Below, piece after piece: positions 48,872 through 61,300 of a DNA stretch of 64,000 nucleotides. The stretch covers positions 1,984,001-2,048,000 of the forward strand of contig JAYWIR010000028.1 of assembly GCA_036172245.1 (NCBI GenBank), written 5' to 3'. Source of the stretch: Raillietiella orientalis (Eukaryota). The translations under genes and the position numbers were made by a program. The notes below the pieces were generated by a model that was given only the letters and a program-made list of their open reading frames with translations, ran no database searches and was not told the DNA's origin. Each line of letters starts with the position of its first letter. Positions within the stretch are counted from its first letter, which is position 1.

Positions 48872-49339
48872 AATAAAAGTCAGAAAAGGTTTGAAAACTT
48901 GCTAGGCCAATCTTTGGTGTAGGGACGCCGGTGGAAATGCCGAAGTCCCCAGCTTTGTGGACATGGGTCAGGGGTAGCCAGCCGATCGTGCAAAGCACAC
49001 GCTGGCACCTTCCAGATTTCTGTCGAGTGTGCATAGCAACGTGACCCTCGGGCAGCCTCGTCCACGTACAGCAAAGGAAGAATCCGAAGGCATCTGACCT
49101 TCGTGTGTCCGAGAGCTGATACCTCTGCAGGGCAGCAGGCTGGTCAAAACTGCAGGAGCAATCCTGAAGAAAAGGGAGCAAAAATATACAGGTGCACATG
49201 CGGTCAGGAGGCAGAAAATGGAAGTGAGGGTACTCAAGAACTGAGGTCGGAAGAAACGGTCACAAAAAGGCAGGAGTGCAGATAGATCAGGCAACGGGGA
49301 TGATTTTTTTTTTTTTTTTTTCCGTAAATGTAAGATGAT

Positions 49340-50350
49340 GGAGGCAGTTATGGGCTTCGAAGGTTTAGTACTAAGCCAGGGTTGATTTTTAAAACATTGC
49401 AGAAATGGATGTAGTTAATGATGGATTTTGGGAAATGATGCTTTAATCGGTAAAGACAGAGTGTGCGAGGTGAGGATATGTTGAAGAATTCGACAAAAAT
49501 GCACTCGAAATGCTTTTTGAGGACACTTACGAGTGGCACAAAATAAGGTGTGCTCTCTGTATTGGCAAATGTTTGTGGTGTTTTGGCTGCTCTAAGGTAG
49601 CAAAACGATTGGATACTTAATTGGTACCGTGGATGAGAGATTGTATTGGGAGAAGCTGTCTCATTCGGTAGGTTTGAAATGAATGCCGTAGGGAAGAATC
49701 TGTGGTGGGTTTAGGGGACGAGAAGACCCTTCACTAGAACTAGGTGTCTTTCGAAGATTCCCGGCCGTTTAGGGGGAAAGAATAGAGGTGAGAACTGCTG
49801 GAATGGGGATGACGGTCGATGGTAATAGGGAAATGATGATGAATAGAGGGACCAGTTTTTGTCATGCTAGAAGGATGATGGTTGATAGCCATGCAGAGCT
49901 GTTCATAACGGGTAAAAATCAATAGTGGAATGGTAGTATTCCTAGTTTTATAATCATAATATGGAATGGATGGAAAGGAAAGGGAATCAACTAAAGAAGA
50001 TGCAATTGAATGGGAGGAGTGATGATGATGCTGTTTGAATAAGCAAATATTTTATTCCGGAATGGGAAGAGAAGAGGGAGGAAGGAGGGATAATGATAGA
50101 ACATGCGGAAAATAGGTTGATCTCTTGTCTGAGTCAGGTAATCAATCAGTTATTTGTAGATAATGTAATTAGTGCTCTAAGGGAGATCAGTGTTAAGGAG
50201 GGTAGTGTTGATGAAACTGCGTGATATGGAGATCAAATAGACGACTCATGAAAGGGATATGGACCCAACGGCTTTATTTGGCTTATCTTCCATTTGCGAG
50301 TTAGTAATGGTATTGAACACATCCTTATTGAAGAAACATTCAAGGAACAT
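49340..50350 (-). mobile_element. Possible Penelope-like element relic (RT end and GIY-YIG tail)
   Basis: Fragmentary peptides NHHPSSMTK, QYREH, LQHILTSH and INYIHFCNVLKINPGLVL occur in the order expected for a PLE C-terminus. Heavily decayed. Confidence 0.35.
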
Positions 50351-50363
50351 TACTGTTATGTGG

Positions 50364-50405
50364 CTGTCGGTGTACATCTGTCGGTGTATATCTGGGGGTG
50401 TATAC
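50364..50405 (+). repeat. Short tandem repeat, 3 x 14 nt
   Basis: ctgtcggtgtacat / ctgtcggtgtatat / ctgggggtgtatac. Confidence 0.75.
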
Positions 50406-51729
50406 TCAAAATTGAAATCGAGCTGATGCTTTTATTTTCAAAATAAATGTTTCACGTGAAGCTTGTCAACGGAACTTTTATGTAGTGGCAAAGAAAGGTC
50501 ATTTTCGGATATTTAATACATCATGATGTGCATCCAAGCTGCAGATCGGGTAGCGGGATCTACAAGGCAATTGGGAAGGTTGCTATTGGCGGAAATTCTA
50601 CGGTATTCAATCTTCGCGTTTTTACTCACAAAAAATATATATATTTTTATTTTCTGCAAAGTTATTGAATGTTACTGTGTGAACGCAATTTTTCGATAAG
50701 CGATTACGAATTAACAGAATATTCGCATCTGCCACCCGATGTGTAATAGTCATTATAATGACATTCTGAAAGTTTTTAGAGAAACCTGCTTTGAATAATA
50801 TAATACCCTAAACGTTTAGATTATTAGTTGATAAGTAATAGTCTATAATATAATTGGGATACTCGAATAAAGAGATAAAATGGGAATCTTTATAAAAAAA
50901 TAGAAAATTTTAGTTTATGGGCTTAAATGTACGTATTTATGGAAGGGGATGCGTCAAATGGATTTTATACTTGGAAATATTTTTGTACCAATATTACTGC
51001 AGTCTTGGGGTATTGCATAGAAATCCAGGAATTTTTTAATCAGAACAGTTTGCTGGCAACACAGGAGATGAATTCTGGAGAGATTTATAAATGAATTAAG
51101 CTGCCGATATGACGAATTTAGGATTTAATTATGCGTTGGCTGTTGCTAACCATTTTTACGTACGTTTTTTAATGTTAGTCTATGTAATGAGATACATACG
51201 AATTTCGAAAAGTACAGAAGGCTGGTATGTAATTGCAAAGGGGAATTCGAATTGGCAATCGCTGGAAATTTTGCCAATTACAGTGCCGGCAGCTGCGGCT
51301 AACCGTAAGAGTTCAATGAATTTGGATATCTCTTGATTGAATGGAAATTGTAGGTTGAATACGTATGTGTTATGGAGGTCTCAGTTATTATTTATAAAGT
51401 AGAACTGGGTGCTCTAGTGTGAATAATGGATAGCAATGAGTTGAGGAAGGGGACCTCTATGATTTAGAGGTGCTGAGAATTATTGGGGGAATCGGCTCCG
51501 TAATTGAGAATCTGCGAGGAACTTCGCTTTTTCGTGTCTGTGTGTTCTCACTTTCATTATTCAGGAGTGATTCGTTTCCGCAATAGAGAGCAGTCAAGAG
51601 CTCTGATCAAGATGCAGCATGAAAGGGGATAGCGATGAGCCGTGGTATGCTAAATTCGGAGATATGAATGTAATTTTGTATTGAAATGGCATTCAACTGC
51701 AAATCCGTCTGAGGAGGACAGGTTGGATG

Positions 51730-53370
51730 ATTCTTGCGCTCGCCTCCTCCCGAAGATGTAGCCGATCGCTCATACCGTGCTCTGCATTTCATTCTCGCAT
51801 CATCTCCAACGCTCAATAAAGAAGTAAAACTTACTCGAGGAGTGATGAACCATATTTTCGGGATTTTGATCCTTGGGGATTTCATCATTAGGGATTACGA
51901 CATGTTTCTTCCGACCATATGATCGGCGCCTCCCGTTTTGCTACTGCGGTTATTCTTTCGCGTGGAGGCCCTGAGCTCCCTACGGGAGAACGGCGGCAGC
52001 AGCCTTCCTGCCAGATGGAGGATTTGCCTGCACGCTTGCAGGGCGGGCGACGAGCACTTCAGTGGATGCTCGTCCAGTCTGTTAGCGAACACTCAGAATC
52101 CATGGGTAGAAGTGCAGAAAATGCCCCCGGAGGAATTGGTAGTCCCTCGCTCTGTTTCGACAGACTCCTCTAAATTGGCAGTACTTGGTCCTTCTCGTTC
52201 TGAACCGGGCATCCACTGGCACGGATGGCGGACTCATGTGTTGGGGAGGGGCTGGAAATGCGTCCCTGAATTGAGCGTGGATCATTTTGCTTCGTCAGAG
52301 ACGGAGGAGATTAATCAGTTTTGCTGTAAGCTTCCGGATGGACGACGGACCGGAAAGGCTTGATGAGACGTTTCTTCCCCGAGGATGGCTTCACGATGGC
52401 AGCAGCGCTGGACCTACTGACCTACATCCCCAGCATGGTGGCGATGCGCCTCGGAATGGCGAAGAACTACAGGAATTTGGAAGTCACGTCAACGGTCGCC
52501 TCTCTGCTAAGGTGGAAACTCGCAGACCTCCCATCTTCCCTAAGAGGCGAAATCTCGGACACTAAGCGCAGACGGCGACACGAGGCAATCGCCGATCCCT
52601 CGATTCCCCCCTCCCCCTTTCCCCGCGACGTTATGGCACTTTACTTGTTTATTTTTTTTGTTTAGGGTGGCACATGGTCCACAGTCCTCTCGCGTCTCGA
52701 GAGATCTATGGAGACTCCCTAGGAACTCCTAAGGCAAAAAAGGAGGTAGCAGAGGGGGAAGACGAGAAAGGATGTGCACGACCTGCAGCAAACTCTGTAC
52801 TGTTGTGCTGTATCTGCGGCAGCGCAGTAGCAGCAGGCTGCAGAAGGATCTATGCCAGCAGCAACGAAAGTCCTCTTTCGTGGGAAGAGCTGCCAGGAAG
52901 TGGCCGTATCCGGACCCGGAAGCATTCCTCATCGTGCAAGCCCTACGTGCAGGGAAATCTGAAGGCGCAGTGACTCTTCTTCCCTTTCCTGTCGCACGCT
53001 TCGTTCACTTAGCTCTATTATTTATTGTCCCCTTCTCCTAAATCCCTAATCAGCAGAACGGTTCTAGGGTATAGCACCCCTAGCTGAAGTGCGTCCAGAA
53101 CGAAACCCGTCCCCCTGTTTCGTCTGCCTGCGTATCCCGTGAAAACAAACTCTCTGAAGCGATCGGGTGACACACCCCCACCCCTGCGTAAGGTATTAAT
53201 TCGTCCTCAGCAGCGACGGGCCACTCTGCATGCCGTGCGCGCAATACTCTTTTCAACCAAGAGTATCCATTTCGAGGAAATCCTCGAACGAACCGCCAGG
53301 GCAGCAACTCAGCCTTCCAGAACCTTCTACGAAGGAAAACTTACGCAGTCGAAGCCGTTTGCTCCCTGAA
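51730..53370 (+). mobile_element. Possible DIRS-type tyrosine-recombinase retrotransposon relic
   Basis: STDSS..W.GW (RNase H TDAS-like), SVDHFASSETEEINQFC (DIRS methyltransferase-region VDLFAS..N..F-like) and LHAVRA..FEEILE..SRTFY (YR HxxR...Y) appear in DIRS1 order. Confidence 0.5.
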
Positions 53371-56300
53371 AAGGAGATGTGCCGTCTTGCTGCTACTTCC
53401 ACACCTCAGTTTACACATTTCTTTATGCCAGAACAAACTCACACAACAAGAGATGCCTTCTGTCTAAGACTGCCTAGATAGCAGCTTCCCGCACCTTCGT
53501 GGAGAACTGCAAATCGATTTCCACTTCTTGTCGCGGCAGTAATAGTGGGCGTTTGCACATACCCTAAAAAGCAAAGAGAAAAAATCATGGACTGATGAAA
53601 AACAGGATAAGTTCTGGAATCCTCAGCATTCTTTCCCAGCTTTCTGATGACCCACATAGGGACCAAGTATTCCCAACAATAGAGCCACCTAACGATGATG
53701 GACCCATCACTTGCAGGTAAAGCGTTGTAAATATCGTGGACTCTCAAGAGATACCATTTTTATGGGAAGAGTGTCCACTGCTCTTGAGTGGGAATCTGCG
53801 TTCAGAATCACGGATTCCTTGGTGGTAAATAAAGTCTGCATTGCCCTGGGGTTTCCTTCGTCCGAGGTTTCACTATGATTGAATTCTGGGTAACTCCCTT
53901 ACGACAGACATCGCCATCACGAATTGCTGCGTTTAAAATCGAAAAAAAGGAGGGAAAAGATGTAAGGGAAGCGGCGGGAGTAATCTTGGAAGCAGCAGAC
54001 GCCTTGTTTTATAAGCCATCGCATGGGCTCGAGATGGGGAATTTGATGTGAGCGCGCTCACCAGCTGCTTGGCAAAAGAAATTCCGCCATTCCAGATTAT
54101 GACCCATCGGCTGCACTTTTTTTGCTGTCACCGCAGTCTAACTCCGAAACAGTCTCACCTATCGAAAAACGTGCCAACCCGGGAACACCTACGGAATTGT
54201 GGGCACGGTGATGTTTCCCTCATACGAGCTTGCGGGGAACATCACGTCATTTTTCTTTGGGCGTTATTGGCGGTCTCCGTAGTGTGCTTGCTGTTTCTTT
54301 GCACTGAGGCTGGCTGCACTCTCATCGATTAAAAGACGAAGGATTTCAAAAAATAAATAAATCTCGAAGAGATCAAAAAGCACACGATGCAGGGAAGAAT
54401 GCTCTGAACGCGTAGTTCCCACACCTGTCAGGAAATATTTCCAGACGACTACATAAGTACTGATTACTTCAAAAAAACAAAAAATGACGACGGAAAGGGG
54501 CACAGACATTACTGTGGTTAGCAAAAAGTGTGCATCGAACGTTATTGTGGATTCCTTGCCAGCACATCTCACGTGGACTGCAGCTAATTCGAGTCACGCA
54601 ATAGTGTTGGTGCTGCAATCTTAAGGCAACACGAATTACTCTGAAGTTATAAAATAAGCAATTTGCTTAATGTCTTTTGAGTTAGTAGAAAAACATTCAA
54701 TTTAGCCATATGTAAGCACCTTGTATTTAGATTCTTGGGTTTGGCAAGTTCAGACTCGTAAAGCTCTTTATGCCAAATAAGGTATGGGCAGTTGTCTCGA
54801 AGAGAGGCTTCATTGAGTGAATGACCAAAGCTAGATTCCTTAAAGATATTGTTATATGGGCTCTTCTGATGTGAGATGGATGTAAGTTAATCAGAAGGAA
54901 ATTTATTCCCGGAGAGCACATTCCTTGAGGGATAAAAAAAAATCCGCCCTTGGCTAATTAATTCAGTTTTCATTTAACGAACCGGAATATTCAAACATGC
55001 AATCAGAATACAGAACAGAATCGAAGAGTAGAATAGTGGATAGAGAAGCTCTCATGTTCTGAGGATCGATAATAATTCAAACAATGTGTTTTTCCGTTTT
55101 AGAACATGAAGAACGGATAAGATGGAAGAATAGAAAGAAAGAAAAAAAGAGGCAAAATACTGTCATCCGTCAGCCGAAATTTCGCGCGCTATTCTCACGC
55201 TCGGGGCATAAGACAAGCACATAAAAAATTGCATTCTTTACTATTTTCTCATCTTCAGCACATTAATCCATTTAATTGAACAATAAAAAAAACTGCGTCG
55301 CTAAGCAGAGTTGGTGGCTCCTTTAAAAAAAATCGGTCATCTCGTCTTGCCTTCCCGATTTTGGTATCCAGGAACTTGGAAAATAATTTCCAGCAAATCC
55401 ATGTAAAAACAAAAAAATTCAGGAGTACGAGAACGAGACGGAAAGCAATGTAAATGTTTTCGAAGTGTACGAAAAAAAGAAAAAGAGTTGAAATCATCGT
55501 GAGATTACCTCCAAAGTGAAAGCGCAGTCTCTTGAAGATGTGTATGAGCCACCCTGCCTCGTGGTGGAAAGTTTAACAGAGTGAAAGAGTAAGATTATGA
55601 GAACTTCGGTTGCTATCAAAATGAATTTATCAGCTTCTTCACGAGGAACAGACCTAGAAGAATAATGAAAAAGGACGGACACACTGAACAGACTGTTCTC
55701 TTTTTCACCCCCCTCCCCCCGATTCCACGACTGGTACCTTCCCGCCCTCATGGCGCCCTTTTCACCGAGAATTGTGACAACACACAGTTTCTAAATATTG
55801 GCGTTTCTTGATGTTTTGAACGCTCCATAAGCGCGTTTCATTAAATGTACTTTTCCCCTATGGCGAGCAACTCCCAGGATTTATGTAATTCGTGGAAACA
55901 GATGAATCTGTCAGAACAAATCTGATATTTATGGAATTGCCGTACTGATTATTATCGTGGGAGGATGATCAAAATTTTTCTCGCTGTGACCCAAATGGAA
56001 TCCACAACAAAAGTCCTACGACGGAACCTGCACTAAAATCAATCCCACGGCAGGTTTGGGGGAGTATTTCTAAAACCGAAGGCAAAAAACTAGGCTACAA
56101 TTCTTTAGAGATGCTTTTAAGGCAAAACCGCAATTTTTCCAAAATCTCTTACAATCTGAATCCCAAAATCTTTGGAAAAAAAATTAAATGGTTTGGATAC
56201 CACAAAATGTTCACAGCTCCATCCATAAAAGCTAATTCACTAGTCCCGCACTCTAAGCAAGGCTAATTTCCTTACTGAAGTTTAACAACATCCTTGTCAT

Positions 56301-56580
56301 GGGTTCACATTAAAAAAAGTCCACCTCACTGAAAAATGTCATGATTCACCTGTTGGAATTTTGCAGCGATTTTGCATGTCTGGCATCTTTGAAACAAATA
56401 TTTAATCAGGAAACTCTATGTTAAGTGAATGAACACCTCATCAACATGTCAGTGTCCAAATATAACTCAAGCTACTGTCTTTTTCAATCAACTACTTGAA
56501 GACCGCAACTTTCATCATAACAAAGTCATGCCAGGCATGCTTAAACACTGGTATTCACAGGAGTTTAGATAGAAATAGCA

Positions 56581-58957
56581 TCAAATGCGACGGGAGCGCT
56601 TAGAGGAAGGCTGATAATCCCAGATGCTCTTCTCAGACTGATGATCTGGAGAATAATGGGTAGGTTTTTCAGGACCGTCACTAAACCAATCAGACATCTT
56701 GGTTTTACTATCATCGTAAGGTTGCAGATCACTTCCACCAATAAAGTGCAATGGGTGGGAACGTAAAGCTGGCATAACCTTCCAAAACCATAAGCTTAAG
56801 GGACATAAAACTTGATATTCACCTTATGGAACTTTTTGAAATTCCTACTAGAAATGCCATCTGAGAGGGAGAGGACAGGAATTTTCTTATTGAGTAGGTC
56901 CACCATGTCAACCAGCATATAATTCTCCAAGTTCTTTGCTTCATGAATCACTTCTTCCTGCTTTCCATAAGATTTGTATTCTCCATTTCCTGAAGAATAC
57001 TAACCAAACCTCTAGGTCTTTCAGCAATAGGACTTACTTTTTCCTGTGTGGAAAAAAGACTCTGCTCCTGTGGACATTTATCAGCAGTCAAACTGATATC
57101 CTGGTCCCTCTAGGGCACATACTGTCGATTTTTTTCTATCATTTATGAGTGAAGCTTACCTTCTTTTCAACAGTATGCTTGTCAACATGTTCTGGAGTCT
57201 GATGGGCAATTCTTGTTTTCGTTTCATTTTGAAACACCTGATGATTATACTGGCATGTATCTGAATCATTAAATGTTGGTGCAGTACAATCAGCCTGCTG
57301 TGCTTTTTTTCGTTTTTTCCTTAAAGATATTGTGTCCTCAAAGTCATAATTATTGTTTGCTTCTGAAATGAATTCTGTTAACTGAGAAGTCTTGTCAAGA
57401 GAATGTTTTATTGGTCGACTTGTTAAGAGAGATGAGTGGGAACTAAAGTTTTTATCATTATCAAAATGCAGTGTACTTGCTGATTCAAAATCAAGAATGT
57501 CAGGAGACTCAACCTCTTTAGAATTCATTTTCTCAACAGGTGTTTTAATGGAAGATGTATCTTTTACAAAGGATGTATCAAGTTTTTCTAACACATCAGT
57601 GACTTTGAAACCTTCATCAACATGGGGAGCATTATGCACAAGTTTCTCAGGGAGAACTGATTTACTATCTTTCTCTTGCCAATTTGAAGGAGAGAAGATA
57701 TCCATACTGAAATTGGTTGCAAGAGTATCTGTATCACCTGATGAAAATTTTGCACAATCTGCTGATGTTGAAGCAAACATCAAAGGACTAGATGGACTTG
57801 AAACTTTCTGAGTAATAGTGCCTATAATGGTACACTGACTTGGATTAGCCGTGAACGATGGATTGCAGTAGCATTTTCTGTTGTTATAAAGAATTGCCAA
57901 TCCAATTTCAGATTCAGTAATAAGTCTGTGACCCCTACTCTCCAGCAAATGTATTATCCAAGGAGCAGGATCAGAAGCATGTTCACCTACAATCACAACA
58001 TTTTCGTCCACACTACTAGGATGCTGTTCAAGAATCCCAGACCATCCATCTACAATGCCACCTGCAGCTTCTACAGCTGCTCTCAGTTTTTTCTCAAGTT
58101 TTTGGGAACAAAACATAAAGTGCACCTTACTAAAAAGGTGGCTCCTTGATTGAATGGGAGAATAGATAAAATGCTTCTTGGACAACATTTCTTCAGCAAC
58201 AACAGGCTGATAATTGAGTGGATCAGGAGCTACTGACTGTGTTTGAAGAGCTTCCCATAACTTTTCCAGGTATTCTATGGTTACCAACAACATTCCTGCT
58301 GCCAGACCACAAACAAGCTAAATGCTTTGTATTTCAGAACATTGGGAAGTTGGCAAATCACCTTCACTGTGAGAATAAGGCGATTCATCACTACCAAATG
58401 ACAGGAAGGAGACCAATCTTCATGGAGAGATCCTTGCAGAGCAGATACCAGAGACTGGAGTTGTTTTTTTTCCCTGCAGTTCAAAGAAGATTGAGTGACT
58501 TGTAGTGGTCTGAAACTCAACCTAAAAACATATAATTTCCTCACATTTTGTATACATACTTCCAAATACTATTTAGTCTACCAAAACGCAGCATATCATC
58601 ATCATGTAATATTACTTGACCACTGATGTTCTCATTTTTTTTAATACCATCATTCACAAAGGTTCCATATTTTGAATGTTCATCCCATAGCATTACGGTG
58701 CACGAAGACAACTGTAATTGAAGCAAATGACACAAATTCATGTACGTTCTTACTTGTGGAACCTCTGAAAATGACAGTTTCATGTGGGCATGAACACGAC
58801 TCACAGAAATGTCTCCCAAAATTTTGATATCTGCGGACTTCCGTCCTATGGTGACTTCTTTATGATAAGGAAGGAGAAAGCTGTCTCCTTAAACCACAAA
58901 TTATAGAAGCTTTCACTGACCCAACTTACCACTGAGAATATTTCTCAATGACCACAT
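56581..58957 (-). CDS. NBN: Nibrin / NBS1 (MRN complex subunit; FHA, BRCT, Mre11-binding and C-terminal motifs), 8 coding exons, ~692 aa
   Basis: Exons 58957-58930, 58887-58754, 58711-58560, 58521-58362, 58317-57160, 57109-57038, 56999-56823 and 56778-56581 (2079 nt, GT-AG, in phase). Motifs: FHA (MWSL..IGRK..DISVSRVHA..DEHSKYGTFVN..RFG), BRCT (WSPSCHLVVM..TVKLVCGL; ITESEIGLAIL..YCNP), Mre11-binding RNFKKFHK and C-terminal FIGGSDL. The boundaries of exons 6-7 are the least certain. Confidence 0.92.
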
Positions 58958-61099
58958 AAGTTCCTGATAAGCATGCAAACTTTTAACAGTTCATGTCTGA
59001 AGCTTCATTATACTTTAAATGTCGAAAAGGAACACACAAAAACTGCAACCTCAAACAGTGTGATGGTAGATATAGTAAAGTTGCATGGGTACATTGCAAC
59101 AAAAGATACTTCTTTATATAAATAACATCTTGCAAGTGTAATACACAGTTTCAACAGCAGGCAAATTTTTCGGCATATTATCAATATGGCACTAAACTTT
59201 GCAAGCAAGATGAATAACGAAGCAGCAACGCGTACAATGAATAGGTTTCACTGTGACGGCCCTCGGCGGATTCCACTTCGCTCTTACTCGTATCTAAAAA
59301 GGAAATTTGCGATGAAATCTTGTTCGCAGCATTATAAGTCATGTTCAAGTTTATGAAAAGTTCAACTTCTTAATCTTTACTGTCACTGTTAATGTCCCCG
59401 TTAATGCCCCTTCAACTCGCAGCTATCGAAACAAGTTAACGCCTCCATAGCCAGAGCTTGAAATTTGATTGTGTACATTACAAGTCTGTGATGTATTTAC
59501 TCAAATTTATGTGGAGGCAGCCCATGCGCTCAATTTTTCCGCTGAAACTTCCGAAATAAAAACAAAGAGCTAATTGGGCACGCATGGCAAGCAATTAACG
59601 TTACATTAATTTAAATGAAAATGGAGTCGATCAGAGATGCAGCAGCACGGTGGTGGACAATTCCTCAATTTCATCCTGGAAAATCCATCACCGATTTAAA
59701 CAGTTCGGGAACATCCACAAGTACCATCATCATTTGCATCGGAAGAAAGGAGACACGGCCTGGTTCCGTCAATTTAGATAATAGCAACTTCATTAATAGA
59801 GAGAATTTACTAAGGGAATAAGAGCAACTTCATTGCTAAATGTTAGCAGTAGATTTCAATTCAGCCAAATTAGCCAAAATATGCCAACAAAAAGTAGAAC
59901 GATGGAAGGAGATTCGTCAAACGATAATTGCTAAGCAATTGGTTGGAAAACATGAAAATTCAAATGTGTTCTCTTTTGCTGGCATACATTGCCGTTGAGA
60001 CTGAGGGAAATTTAGTGGACTGACGGCAATGCTTATCGAAGTATGAAGCTCTTTGTAGAGAACATTAATTGTAGCCTTTTTCCTTTTTGTGCTTCACGAC
60101 GACTCTAGGAACACTGGAACAATTTAGTAACATTCGATCTTGAAAAGGGTGTAGGAACAATTTCATAAGAAAAAAGTATGATGAATGCTTGTTCATAAAG
60201 CACAAAAACATATGCTAAAAGTTTACTAACGAATATCCACTTTCCACTGGCATAACCTTCCAAAAGGATGGTTCAAGGGTGATGACGAGGACAAAGAGTA
60301 CATTCAGGATCATTTTTATCAAAACTAAATTCTATACAATTGATGCAATTCTTACAATCGTTTTCAAATTAGAATTGCACAGAAATTAGTTTTTCACTTT
60401 AGCATGGAATACAATTATGACAACTGATCAACTGATGCAATCTTATAAACTGAAGATCATTTTTTGCAACATAGAGGACTTGAGTTCATGTGATAACTAG
60501 AAAAATAATCATATTCTTCTCAAATAGCTGGAAACATCCCATCCAGCATTTTAATATATGACTGAAATATTGGAAAATATTGGAAATGTTTTTCGAATAT
60601 ATGCATATCAAATTGTCTGAATTCATAGCAGGCAAAATCAGTAGAATCAAACCTTTAATATACATACTTGAAGAAAGACTTTCCTTTCAAGTTTTGTGTC
60701 GAAGCAAAATCAGATTCATACATACAATGCAAAATCACTCCTGTATCTACTTACGTTAGGTACAGAAGTGATGACAAGCTTTGTCCAATTCTTAATCATC
60801 AATTCTGGGAAACATATGCCCTTTACCCAATCAAGCAAGCAAAATAGTTTACAGGATACTGATATCACCCTCCCACAAGCAAGAGGAATTCATATTTATC
60901 ATTTGAAGGATGCAAAGGACGGACTGTTGGTGCGGCACGAGCTCTGCAAAGATTGCAAGCAAACGTCAAAGTTCCCTATCCCCACCTTGTTATTAAATGT
61001 GTTCAGCACTCTTATAGACGTTTGTCAGGATTTCAGAGCGTGCCTTTTTTTTGTTTTTTTTGCAACAATTTTGGATGACTTGACAGCGTTGTTACCCGC

Positions 61100-61300
61100 G
61101 CCCGAAACAGTTTCCTAAAATAATTCCCAGGCTTCCATTTGCTCGACGTACGTCTCACTAAGGGAACCCATTTGCTGAACAGTGGACAACGGAAGGACTT
61201 TTCCCAGATGTGTCAGGCTTTCGAAAGCGATGAATCTGAGCCTCATTGATTGGCATTCTCGACTGTTCATAACGAATGGCATTCCGATGTGCGCCTTTTG
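61100..61300 (-). mobile_element. Possible mariner transposase relic
   Basis: LTHLGKV followed, across frameshifts, by SKWVP..SE resembles the mariner LGK..K...WVPHELS linker. No terminal inverted repeats or DD34D domain recognised. Confidence 0.2.

Noticed and set aside
57392..57811. 139-aa plus-strand ORF
   Set aside because: Antisense shadow of NBS1 exon 5.
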